DNA of 64,000 nt from Chrysomallon squamiferum. Taxonomy: Eukaryota > Animalia > Mollusca. This document shows, in pieces, positions 28,737-42,403 of the stretch (position 1 is its first letter; every line of letters begins with the position of its first letter). A program made the translations under genes and the position numbers. Location: contig CM022665.1 in assembly GCA_012295275.1 (NCBI GenBank), positions 42,408,001-42,472,000 on the forward strand, given 5' to 3'. The notes under the pieces are model-generated. The model saw nothing but the letters and a program-made list of their open reading frames with translations, did no database searches and was not told the origin of the DNA.

Positions 28737-29714
28737 GGTACAGTAGGTAATATGGTGAACAAAAGAAAACAAAAATAACACAATCTGCTATTTCTGCTTG
28801 GAGGCCAGAGTGAAAACAAACACAGTTATCTACCTATCTTATATATATGTATGTATATGTATATATATGTATATACATACATATGTATATGTATATGTAT
28901 ATGTATATACATATATATGTATATGTATATGTGTATTTATATATATATATAATACAGATGTAGATAGATAGATTATGTAAATGTGCGTATGTTACCAGTG
29001 TGACTGGACATTGTAAAAGACAGGAATATCACTGATTACTCTGAGGTTGTGAAGTCTGACTGCACAATCTCTCACAGGGGGACGTTCTACCGGTGTGTGT
29101 TTTTATCTTTTCAAACACTTGTGCAACTAAATAATGGCAGCTAGCTTGATGACAAGGCCAAGGGAGACCACTACAGTGAGCTTTGCAGGGGGCAGCACTG
29201 ACTCACCAAACCTGATTGTTTTAGTTGCATCGGTTTTGTGTTATTTGTGAAGTTTATGCCGCAACCTGAAGTTTTTGTATTAGTTAATGAAGTTCAAGAA
29301 CTGTCGCTGTTTTGTATTGGCTTCTTCTTTTTAAATTTTAAAAAAATTTTTTTTTTATAATCTTTTCATTTTTTCATAAATGTATAACCACTGCACCCTG
29401 CAGTCTAACAAAAGGGAGACAACTGTTGAGTGCAATATTCTATTTATTGCATAGTACATTTTGAAAAGCTTTTAAGATCTTGTAAAAATGAACGAAAGCA
29501 AATCAAAAATATTTTTTTTCTTATTTTATTTTATTTTTTAGAAGAAAAAAAAGATGGTTTTCATCATTTATTTTTGATTTTTTTTTTTTTTTTTTTTTTG
29601 CAATAAATAATAAAAAGGTGTCTGCTAGTGTTCATTGACTTTGAAACTGTATCTACTTTTGGCCTTTGACCTCAAAATTGTTGTTAAAAAGATAAGAATA
29701 TTTATATATAATGC

Positions 29715-29720
29715 AATAAA
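29715..29720 (+). terminator. Candidate BCL11 polyadenylation signal
   Basis: gcAATAAAct following the conserved-looking distal UTR block. Confidence 0.35.
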
Positions 29721-32009
29721 CTGAAACCCTGACATACAAAGATTACTTTGGTAAGCATGTACGTTTATCATGCATACAGATTATTTATACACAGTAAACA
29801 TTCTAAAACAAGATTACAAAATATTTTTCAAAAATATGCATTTAGTTTCTTTGACACTGAAAGTGAAATTAACATTGCTGGTCATATAACTGTATTATTA
29901 AATATATTTTTTTTTAGACATTATTTCAGCAAGTATTTAAAATATCTCATCTATGAAACAAATGATAAATTTCATTCAATTATTTCTCCTTTTATTGTTA
30001 ATTTAATTTTTCAGTTTCTGAAATGTCTGAGGGCTAAAGAAAGAAATGATTATGGCATAGAAAAGAGATTAAAATCCGATGAAGATTTTTTATAAAATAT
30101 TTCTTAGGTTAACACACATGAAGCAGACAGAGTTCACACTAGCCGATAACTTTTTATTTATTTATTTTATTATTTTTTAATTTGTTTCATTTTTGCAGGA
30201 GAATAAAATAATGGGGATTTTTTTTGTTTTGTTTGTTTGATCATTTAAATCAGTAAAGTGCTATGAATTTGTTAAGTTTCTTTTTTTTTTTTTCATATAC
30301 TGTTTTAGCCATTTCCTTCTAGTATATATATTGATAATTATTTTCTTAATTCCTATACAAAAACAAGTGCTAATGTTGTTGTTGTTGTGCTGCTTATTAT
30401 CACTTTTATGTTGTTCTCATCATGATTAAAATGGCAAATATAAGCATATGTATAATTTGATTGAGTACTATTCTGCTTGTCAAATTTTGCTTTTAATTAT
30501 TTTTTTTTTTTTTTTTTCTAAAACTGAAACAGCTATGAGTTAACAATTGATTAGTGCTAAAAAAATGTATGCAAAATTATTTGTTAATGATACTACACTG
30601 TTGTTGTTATTGTGTTTTTTTTATTATTATTGATATTAGTATTAATATGGTTTTTATTATTACTATATTATTATTATTAAAATAAGCTAGAGGTTTTCAA
30701 GTCTTAACTTTTTCTTAGTTTCATTATTAATATGCATTGGTGATTTTATAATCTGTCACAGATGAGAGAATTTTTTATTATTATTATTATTATTATTATT
30801 CGCCATTACTGTTGTACTCATTTTCATTACCAGTGCCATATTATAATTATTCTGTCACTATTAGCAGTTTTTCTCTGTCGCTAAAAGGGATAAGTTGGTA
30901 ATTCTTTTTGTATATCTTTTATTTTTTTTCATTTAAATTCTATTTTAAACTCATATCTATGTTTTTTAATTAAGTTTTATTATTAATGACATCAAGTGCT
31001 GTTTCTTTAACTATAACCATTGTTGTTCAAAGCACAATACATAGATACATGGATTAAATTTTATATGACATTGCTGATGTTTTCAAAAAATTATAATTCT
31101 TCTGTGGTTGTTTAATACTATTTTAAAGCTTACAAGAAAAACGTTTTCACTTTGAAAAAAAAAAACACTGACTATTTGGGTTTTATTATTATTAATTTAA
31201 ATTTTGGAGAAGACATTGTTTTAAAGTAAACAAAAATCAATGAAATATCAAATTTATTTTGAGTTCATGGGGAAAAAAATTATTATTTTAATTATCAAAT
31301 ATTTCTGTTTTAATATAAAAAACAGTAAATACAAAATAAAGAAAAATGTCTGTTTATTTATACTAAAGCATTAATCTGATTTACTGACCTCTTTGTTTCA
31401 AGACATTTTTTTATTTTTCCTTTTTATTTATTTTTTATTTTCTTTAATGAGGAATAAAAAAAAAATAAACTTATCTTTTGTTCATTAAATTGTGATGTAC
31501 TTTATCTTTTTTTCAAAAAATCATTAACAAAATCTATAATGGAATTCATTGTTTATGTAAATTATTTTCTGATAGGGTATTTTAATACGTATATCTCAAA
31601 ATAAAATAACATATATGGAATGTTATATGACTATTAATGATTCTCAGAAAAATGTACAAAATATATTTAGGTAAAAAAATAATGAAATTTCATTACGCGA
31701 TCAGAACTATTTACCAAACTCTCAGTTTCCCTATGATGCTTTGCTTTTGTTAAAAAAAAAAAAATAAAAAAATAAAATGCCTAATTTGTTTAAATTTAAG
31801 ATATTTGAAATATACTAAAAATATCTCAATCAATATTGAATCATTAGCTTACAGGATTGTTTACATTTGTCTTTTATTTATTTTTTTTTTTTTTTTTTGT
31901 TGTTGTTTTGTTTTTATATATATAAAACAGAAAAAAGGTCCTTTTCAACATGATGATTTAAAAAAAATATATATCTTGTAGCTAGGCTTTTGTTATCATT
32001 AAACATTTG

Positions 32010-32049
<40 letters not shown>

Positions 32050-33362
32050 TGTAAACTCCTTACTGTGTTTTATTTTTTTAAATCGTTTTTTTTAAATTTT
32101 AATTTTTAATTATTTTTTTTAAATTTTAACGCCACATAATTTTATTCTCCACATATATTTATATATATATATTTCTAATTTTTCTCCTGTGCAAACAAAT
32201 GAAACCACAGAAACATTAAATCTTTGTTAATCATTGTATATTTTTTTTTATATATATATATCAACCTATTTGTTGATTCAGCAAAGCAGCTCTTAATGGT
32301 TAAAAACTGTAACTTTTAGCTGAAACTCAAAAACACTGAATGTTCTTAAAACCCAAAATGTATCAAAGGACAGGTTACAACATTATTATGCACTGAATTA
32401 AGAACTGTTTTAGAGTAGTTTTATGATATTAAAACCGGTGACGTGTTTTTACAAATAGGTGACATTTGCCAGGTCAGAATACATTAAAGCTCATAATTGG
32501 TGTCCATGGCAGGCTGTTGTTTGTCCAGTGTTTTGTATAAAACGTTTAGATTTTAGATTTATGGATGAACATCTGAGCATTGGAATTTTTATATATATAC
32601 AGTTTAATCGTTGTGTTTTTCTCTTGTTTTTTTGTTTTTGAGGTTTTTTTTTGTTTGTTTTTTTTTTTTTTTTTTTTGTCCTTTTGCTGTTTAAGCAATT
32701 ATTATTAAATAAAAAAACTAAAGATATTATTGAAGATTCACATTTTCCATTTTATTTATTTATTTATTTATTTATTATTGTTTAATATGTTATTTAATTT
32801 AAAATAAATAAAATAAAAGCCTAAAGTAAAATAACGACTCGTGCAACAAGAACAAGAAATTTTTTTTTTTTTTTTTTTTTTTAATTGACGAAGTATTTTG
32901 TATTGTAGTTACCTAATCATTAAACAAATGACCGTATCGGCTTGACATTTTGAACGAACTATCTGAAAATAATAGTAACTTTTTAGCAACAGATACACAA
33001 ATCGTTTTGGTTGATTTCTGTAATGCAGTGGAACTGAGATACGCTGATTATATGCTGCCAACTCGCTACCGTCTGATTCTTGCCCAGCAAGAGTGCGCAT
33101 GCGTGCACTGTTGGTCTCTGACGTTTAGAAAAAAAAGCATATTACTTTGTTTAGCATAATCAGAAAACATTTTAAAACTGTTCATTTAAACTTTGTGATC
33201 TATTGGAATTTCGTACTTAGAGTACAGTGTTATTAATATTATATGGAATGAACAAATGGCACTTTACATATATATATAATTATATTGTATTACTCGTATG
33301 TATGACTTTAAAAGCTCCGAAAATAAAGGATGTTGATCTAAATAGGCACTATGTATTATGTA

Positions 33363-33426
<64 letters not shown>

Positions 33427-34267
33427 TTATTTACTAGACGTTACAATCTGGTTTTGGGAAGCACTAAACCATTTTAGTTCAACATGCAGCAAAATCACTG
33501 TACTAAAACAAAACCAAGGGTTAAACACGAATTTGACCCCAAACCACAAGATTACACTTGTAGTCTTAACCTCGTACCCGAACGCCCTATTTACCAAGTC
33601 TGATTACGAAGATAAGAATCGATTACGTAAGATCATTACGTCATCGGTATACGAATATAGACTGGCTTCCATTTATAAGCACTTGATGTCGTTTGTTTCC
33701 TGTGATGTTTTGTCCTTTGAGGATTTCAAAAATACTAACTTTGTTACTTCATTTATATATATATATAAATATATATACATATTATATATAATTTCTGAAA
33801 TGTATTGATATCTTTATACAGATTGCGTTAATTGATTTTTACTGTTTCGATTCCTTCTGTGTACCGCTTAAAGCTAACATGTATAGACTAGTGCTAAGCT
33901 TACGATTATGAGCAAAAGTTGACCCCTGTGCCTTTGTTATTTATTTCTCAATTGTACATTTAATGTACCAAACAATTTGTAGAGCTTATGTATTTATGAT
34001 GTGAAATAAAAATTGTACAACAGTACAAGGTACTTGTAAACTTCAATAAACACTGTCCGGGACATTTTAACTTTAGTTGTTTTGTGTGATAATTAAAATA
34101 GTGTTAGTTGATTCCTTTCGCTAGTGTAAATTAATCATTAGAGATCGTTTGCTAATCCTAAACATTTTAATTTTATTTATTTATTTTTTTATTTTTTTAA
34201 ATGTCTTAGAATTATACATTATTTATTTGTTTATTATCTAGTATACATTATTTATTTATTTATCTTT

Positions 34268-34298
<31 letters not shown>

Positions 34299-36784
34299 TT
34301 ATTTTTATTTTTTTTATTTTTTTTATTTATTATTATTATTATTATTACGATTGCTTATTACGATTATGATCGTAACTATGGCTATTGTTGTTGTTATCAT
34401 CGCCATCTTAATATTATCATCATCATCATCATCATCATCATTGCCAACAACCTTCTAATTCCTCCAATGTTCACATCTTTCAGATCTTTGTTTCGTTATT
34501 ATTATTTTTTCCCCATCTAAATCCACGATGAATAAAACCCAGAACAGTACGTATTGTGTTTCGAAATCTTCAAAGACTACTTCTCCTCACAGTACATATT
34601 TTAAACACCATAGCTGAACTAACTGTTATACCACAGCAAAGTGAAGTCAAGCTCAGAGTTAGAGCTATCGTTTAAAAAGCGATTTCAAGATGAAACTTGC
34701 AGATAACCGAACAATGTACGTCAAATTTGAAAAGGTGCCACGAAATCTGAATTAAATTTTCCATTGTGTTTACAGGATGATACATTTTTTCCTGTGCATA
34801 AAGACCATTCCGCACAACAACATGAACGGAAAATAATTCTAAAATAATAATTATTTCAGAATTTGTGATTTAAAAAAAAAAAAAACTTCTCTTCTTTTGG
34901 ATATAACTTCAAAGTAGAAAGTGGCAGTGAACGATTTTAAATTAATCAGCTGGAATCCAGTTCCAAAGAAATTTTTCAGTCTTAATGAGACGAACAGTTT
35001 GAAAATTTTGAACTAAAAGTAAATTCGTAGCAAAAGTGCACTCAATTATTCTTTTATTTTCAAAACTTCCTTTAGCGGTATTTCCTGTATATACATTTTA
35101 CAATGAAACCAAAAAAGAAGAAAGAACGTATAAAACAGTATAAACTGAATTATTACTGAATTCAGAATTGGGCCGTAGCGAACTATGGCTTCCATAGTTA
35201 TATGGAGATATTTTTTAAATGGCCCCACGCCTGAATGTATCTAGTAGATGTTATTTTAAGAGGAGTAAAAAAAGACTTATTTGACTAGCCTGGGAATCCT
35301 TTCAGTCGCATTTGTCCGTCTATTCATATCCTTATTGTCATAACTTGTAACTCAGGAATAGATTGGCCTTATTAACAACATGGTTATTAAGTCGAAATAA
35401 TAGCAATTATTGATGAGTTAATAAAATTATAATTGGTTACCTTATAAATACTGTTTAATTAACATTAATAATTAACAACGGATTTATTTATTAATATTTT
35501 TACATCTGTCAGTCGATTTATTTTAGTGCTCAGTATCCATTCATTCATTTCGTCATTCAGTACAAATATTGTTAATAAAATCTGAAATAACAAACACCAA
35601 AGCCAATAAAACAATAACTGAATTGACATTGTTAATAAATAAGTGACTGGGTTATAAATTCTGATGAAAGGTTAATAAAACAAATAATTGACTTTATAAC
35701 GTTAACATATTAATAACAAGATCGGTTAAAAGACGTTAATAAAATAATAAAAATAGCAATTGTAATCATTATTAATACGACTGAATGATAACAAACCGTT
35801 ATTAGCGTTATAAAAATTTACAACATTAGTTCAGTCATCGCACTTAACGAGTGCTGCATTTATAACCGTTATCGATAAAATCGTAACTGGTTGTATTATA
35901 AACCTTGTTAATAATACAATAAAAATACTACTTCGTTTTATTACAAAACATTAATTAGAAAATAAAAAAAAATAAAAAAGAGCTGCATGTTTTATAAAAC
36001 ATTCGTTATAAGATAATAAAATGATATCTGTTTCATTGGAGAAGATCGTTAATAACACAGTAATAATGAAAATAAGTGGTCGAGTTATATAGCTTGTGAT
36101 GAGGACATTAAAACCTATAAATTCCTGGATGTTCTGTCGGCAGCAGAAACGAAGACCAGCGGCCATACTTATTGATCTCTGCCAGTGGCGAGATAACTAA
36201 TCAGGCTAAAGATTTTTTCTTCAGTACTTTAGATTTTTTTTTTTTTTTTTTTTTTTTTGCGGTCATTGGAACAGGTTTGCCTCGTATTGATTAGTTAGAT
36301 TTGATGGACAACGCACCGGGAATATTCGCCACAGTCCGCCATACAAACTAATGACAATCGCAGTGCACTCTGGGAAGATTTGGCCTCGAGTTTCTAGAGA
36401 GTCTTGTTAATCAGATAATGTTCTGAGAGCTTCTTTGGTTAACTTGCTAACTTCCGTCCTTGACAGCGGCTATATGTGGCAAGTATTGGAGTTATATATA
36501 GTTCACCGCAGGATCGATTCACGTCAGAGGAACTCTCCAATTTTCTTTTTCTTTTTTTTTTCTTTTTTTCTAACGAATATCGAGGGACCTAGCATAATAA
36601 AGTTCTGGGCTGACTTACCTAAGAGGAAATAAACAGCAAAAGAAGCCTTATTGACAAAGGAGGAAAATAACAGACATTAAACAAAGTAAATCAATGTTTT
36701 GCGGTGATGTTATTGAACAAAACAAACTTGAACTATCCGTACTATTCAACCTTGATTTTATTTATTTTATTTTTTTAAATTATG

Positions 36785-36818
<34 letters not shown>

Positions 36819-36833
36819 TTTTTTATTATTTTA

Positions 36834-36866
<33 letters not shown>

Positions 36867-37192
36867 TTGTATCTCTGTTGTTTATTTATTTATTTATTTA
36901 TTCAAGAAAAAGAAGAAAAACAGCAACATATATAACATGTTTCAATCACGTAACAAACCTGATCCATAATCTGTACTAGACGCGATAAAATTCAGATAAT
37001 AATCATAACACTGACAAGGGTTCAATTAATTTTATTTAGACTTAAATATAGGACGGGAAAAAATGAAGAAGACCAGCAGCACTGTTGCTAGTTATGTAGC
37101 TTGTTTTAATTATCCTTTAGACGTGATAATAATTAAATTGTTTTAAACGGCATAAACAACTCGTGAAGCAGCTCCGTTTGTTACAGTTCAGA

Positions 37193-37518
37193 TACGTTAA
37201 CTAATACGAACTCATTTGTAACGTTATCTAATTCGAACTCATTTGTAACGTTATCTAATTTAAACTCGCTTGTAACGTTAACTAATTCAAACTCATTTGT
37301 AACGTTATCTAATTCAAACTCGTTTGTAACGTTATCTAATTCGAACTCATTTGTAACGTTATCTAATTTAAACTCGCTTGTAACGTTAACTAATACGAAC
37401 TCATTTGTAACGATAACGAATTCAAACCCATTTGTGACGTTAACTAATTCAAACTCATTTGTAACGTTAACTAATTCAAACTCATTTGTAACGATAACTA
37501 ACTGAAACTCATTTGTAA
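37193..37518. repeat. 27-bp minisatellite, ~12 copies
   Basis: Unit tgtaacgtta(a/t)ctaattcaaactcatt. Confidence 0.95.
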
Positions 37519-38006
37519 TCAGGTAGTTTTATATTTGTCCCATGATATTAGTTTTATTTTAAGGTAAGAACAATAAATGTAAAAGATCCAAACAATATTA
37601 ATAATAATAATAAATAATAATAAAAAAAAAAAAAAAAATTAAAAGAAAATTAAAAGAAAAAGAAATACACACAAAATAAATAAAAATAAACAATTAATAG
37701 AAAAAGAAAGAAGAAAAAAAAAAAAGTTTAAAAAATTAAAAGCTATTACGAAAAATTCAGCATAACTTAACATTTCCAAACGCCAAAGAAATATCAATTT
37801 TTAATGTATAGGCTTACATTTGTGCAGATACAAATCTCTAAATGTGCAGTATCGCGAAAACTTTTGTGTTGATGACGTCAGATAACTTTCGATTATTAAG
37901 TATGATCACTGGATGTAGGTAAAAGTGTCAGTGTTTCCATGAGAGAAACTAATCTTAGTGTCAGAACTTGTCTGATTTGTCTTTTTCTTCTTTGCTGTTG
38001 CTTCTG

Positions 38007-38014
38007 CCACCACC

Positions 38015-38110
<96 letters not shown>

Positions 38111-38120
38111 GCTATTACTA
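38007..38120. repeat. (CCA)n(CTA)n trinucleotide repeat
   Basis: Direct reading; explains the poly-V, poly-Y and poly-S ORFs. Confidence 0.95.
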
Positions 38121-40091
38121 TAACATTCATTATCAAGAAATATCAATTTTTGTTTGGTTAAAAAGCAAAATTTGATCTTAAAATATTCCATTTCTTCGAA
38201 GTATTTTTTATGCAATAATAATAATTAAAGCTTGGTTTTAAAATATTCTGTTTCCTCCAATCATATTCCTTATTGTAAATATTTAAGTTCAGAAATATAT
38301 ATATATATATATATATATATTTAATTAACAAAATAAATAAATACAAATATAAAAAAATAATAATAATAAAATAAAATAATAATAATTTTAGACAGAATAC
38401 AATAATTTCTTCCTGCTATATTTCTTTGATGCACTTAACGGTAAATGTTAATACCGTATGAGGCGGATTAAGCTAATCCGTCAGAGTTTAAAAAGAGCTA
38501 AAGAGGTCTGAGTCTAACAGGACATACCCGGATTACACGGTCGGTAGAATATCACGACTTAGTCTGAATCAGTTAATGGATATTTGTAATAAATATTTGT
38601 ATTAAATATCAATACATACATGTGTGTGTGTGTTGACACACACGTGCACACATGCAATGATACTCACAGACATGCAGATACACACAGGCACACATCTATG
38701 TATACATAGGTACGTACATATATATATACACGAACATACGCACATAGATACAAAAATAAATATTAATATATACATATATATTTATAGACACATACACACA
38801 CAAATAAATACATACATACATACACTTGCTTGTACATCCACCAACCCACCGACATAAACTCCATCCTACATACATACATAAGAAAATGTAGTGTACGATG
38901 ACACACAAAATAAAATTAAAAACTTATTGTATGGTTGTATTCGTTGTTGTTATTGTGCTACGGTAATAGTATTAATACTAATATTTTGGTGAGTAGGTGT
39001 ACTAGCAATAGTAAAAGTAGTAGTAGTAGCAGCAACAACGGTGATGGTGGTGGTAGCTGTAGTAGTAATAGTAGTAGTAGTGGTGGTGGTGGTGGTGGTG
39101 GCAGAAGCAACAGCAGACGCAAAGGCATTGGTTGTAGTGGTAGTAGATATTGTTGTTGTTGTAGAAGCAGCATTACTAATCTTGGTATCAAAAATCTAAG
39201 TAGCAATGGTATGTGTATTCCACCTTTTAAACACGAAACTCTGGTTTGTTATTTTTTTTTATTTAATTCTAAAGCTGCTTAAGAAAATAATTTTTCTTTT
39301 TTTTATATTATTATTATATAATAAAATTTATATTTTTTATCATTTCCTCAGAAAACTGTGTTTAATGAAATCTGACCGCCAGAATGACTGGAGCCAGCTA
39401 TTATTATTTTCTTAAAAATACGTCAATAATAATTTAACATATTTTTTAAAGATTAAATTTTTTGGAGGGGGGAGTTTAACAGCAAAAAAAAAAAAAAAAA
39501 AAAGGCATATGGCTATCAAGGAGACGCTTTTCTCTACGTTTAAATTACTTCAATATTTTAAACTTTTTTTCACTCTCCAATTCAGATGACCACACAAGAT
39601 TTTTTGATTAGCTGAACCTGCTAAAACGATCTATAGATTTCCAAAGTTTATTTTCACTGAAGCTAGCACAGAACACATGCTTACGCCATATTGATCTGTT
39701 TATTCAACTTGTTAATCCTGGTCGAAATGGCAGCCATGAAATCAACTTTGGTCTAAGAGCAAAAAGTATTTTATTTTTCTTCTTCTTCTTCTTTTTCTGC
39801 TTCTGCTTCGTCTTTTTCTGGAACGAAGCTGGCTTGAAAGAAAATGCTGACAGAAAATACCTAAAGTTCCGACAAAATTAGAAACATGCTTTTTTTTTTT
39901 TCCGGTGTGCAAGGGACAACATTAATAACGAATTCTAAAGCCGGCTTGTACCAAGTTACAAAATGATAGGATTACGTTTCGGACGACCTGAAGTTCATTT
40001 ATAAGAGGGATTTTACATTAAAAAACAAAAATTTGTCCTGATCTGAAATTATATATAAATACCTAGTTGTTATGAAAGTGTGGGTGTATGA

Positions 40092-40190
<99 letters not shown>

Positions 40191-41334
40191 GGCGAAATTG
40201 TGTATCTTTGTTACTGCTTTAATTTATTCAGTTCGGGATAACGTTTATCATTAATTATATTATTATTATTAGTGTTCTTATTGCTGACGATGATGCTAAC
40301 TACGACGACGGTAATGATGATAGCGACTAGGTTTTAATTCTAAAACGTTAAGGTTGACCCACTTTATTTTTATACCCGAAACAAAATCACTCTAATGAAC
40401 GAATCAATGAATCAATGACATTATTCGTTTCAGTTAATTTCGTTCGCGTGAAACGGTCTGTATCCACGTAAAAAAAAAAAAAATAATAATAATAATAAAA
40501 AATAAACAAAAAGACTGAATAGAATATAAAAATAATGATTCTTAATTAAAATAACTGCCAAATTCGGAGCTTAAATTTATATTTTACTTATTACGGTTTC
40601 TACCCCGCCCGTCGCCAGATTTGTGCAGTGATTACACCTCATGAAAAAAACGGACGAAACTCGAGATATTTTTTTTTTTTTTTAATCAGATCAATGTTAT
40701 TTTTTGCACGTGCTGGTTACCGAACCTCGGGGACCGGGGTCACTGGAGGTCAAGCCCAATCAGAGCCAGGGAAAGTTTGTATTCTGCTTTGAGACCACGT
40801 CCCCAGCGTGTTCGCCAGTAATCAAGTTTAAATCAAGATGTGTTTTTTTTTTCTTCTTTTTTTCTGTCTCCTTCCACCACGAAGCAGATTGATTCCGCGA
40901 GTGGAACGTTGCTGACCACGAGGGACGTCGTCGTCGTCTTGTACGTGAAATGCAGATAAAGACGTTTTCTGGAGTCGAAATCAAATTTTACACAACAGCA
41001 TATAAAAATAACAGTTTTATTGCACCTCCTAAACGAATGAGACCGTGGTAAGTGCTGTTTATTGACCACGATTCCAGTCGTAAGACGTCAGCGACAGTGT
41101 GGGGTTTTTTTTCTTCACTTCAGCTGAAATGCTCGTCGCAAAACGCTTTATTATGTTTTCTTGGCAAGGCGTCTTTCGTTGATTTCCTCTTGGATTCCGT
41201 TTTGTATGAAGATATGACTTGGAAAAAAAATGCTGTAATGGTTTATTTTATGTAAAGAAATTAATAATGCTGTAAAGGTCCATTTTGTGTAAAAAAAAAC
41301 CTCGACCCTTGCCATGATGTCTTGTTTTGTGTAA

Positions 41335-41835
41335 AAGTATGATTTCGAATAATGACCCATAGATCGTTAATCGGTTGTGCAAAGACGAGAGTTAGATATC
41401 ATTTCTTCGATAAATGCTATAATTGTCTATACTGTGTAAATAGATGACTTCTAATAATGTCATAATTATACAAAGATACACTTCGAATAATACCACAACT
41501 GTATGTTTATATACCGATACAATTTCCATTAACGCTATAAGTATCTTTTTTTACGTGAAGATGCTTCGAATAATGCTCTAATTGGGTTTTTTAATGTTTT
41601 GATACTTCGCATAAATGATATAATTGTTTTATGTAATGATACTTCGCATAAAGGTCATAACTGTTTTATATAATGATACTTCGAATAATGGTCTTAATTT
41701 TTTTTTTTTTTTTTGATGTAATAATATTACTCACAAATGTTATAATTATACAAAGACACGACTTCCAGAAATTCTCTAACTGTGTAAAGATATTCCAGAA
41801 ACTCTCTAACTGTGTAAAGATGACGACTCTCTAAT
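41335..41835. repeat. Degenerate ~30-40 bp repeat
   Basis: Recurrent gatacttcgaataatg...ataattgt. Confidence 0.6.
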
Positions 41836-42193
41836 TGACTACCTCTGTCTTAACTCCTCTTCGTTACATTTTGATTTCTCGCCTAGCTGCAGGTCGCGCG
41901 CGCACTTCTGCAAGTAATTGCAGTCGGCTTACGTCATCGTGGCCGCCATGACAGTAATCGTAGAGTTAGGCCTACTTGAGTGAACTGCAAAGTATTAGCT
42001 GTCATTACAGAGCCAATCAATACAGACCCTGCTTCTCGCTCAGGTGAATGCGCTTGGTCATTTTTTGCGGCCATCTGGGAGATTAAGCAGAAATCATCTC
42101 TGTACGAGCTGGAAACAATCACTGAGAGACGAGCTACTGGAGGCAAAATGAGCAGAAAGAGAAAAAGAATGACTGACAGGCACACACACACAC

Positions 42194-42231
<38 letters not shown>

Positions 42232-42343
42232 TGACTGACGGTCGGTAGGTAGAGATGGATTAGATGGAGTTGGTTGATAATAAAATAAATAAAATGAATT
42301 TAAAAAAAGAAGATGGTTTAACTGGATTGAGATGATGATGATG

Positions 42344-42403
<60 letters not shown>

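Larger units (their letters stand above)
22670..29745 (+). other. Probable long BCL11 3'UTR
   Basis: U-rich non-coding sequence after the stop, with a higher-complexity motif-rich block at ~29000-29470 and AATAAA at 29602 and 29715. The true end is uncertain because there are many AATAAA. Confidence 0.45.

Noticed and set aside
33227-33808. 193-aa ORF
   Set aside because: Non-ATG start, spans a (TTA)n microsatellite, no homology recognised.
35380-35950. Cluster of GTTAATAA/TAATAAC words as posterior Hox sites
   Set aside because: Cannot be distinguished from AT-rich cryptic simple sequence by eye.
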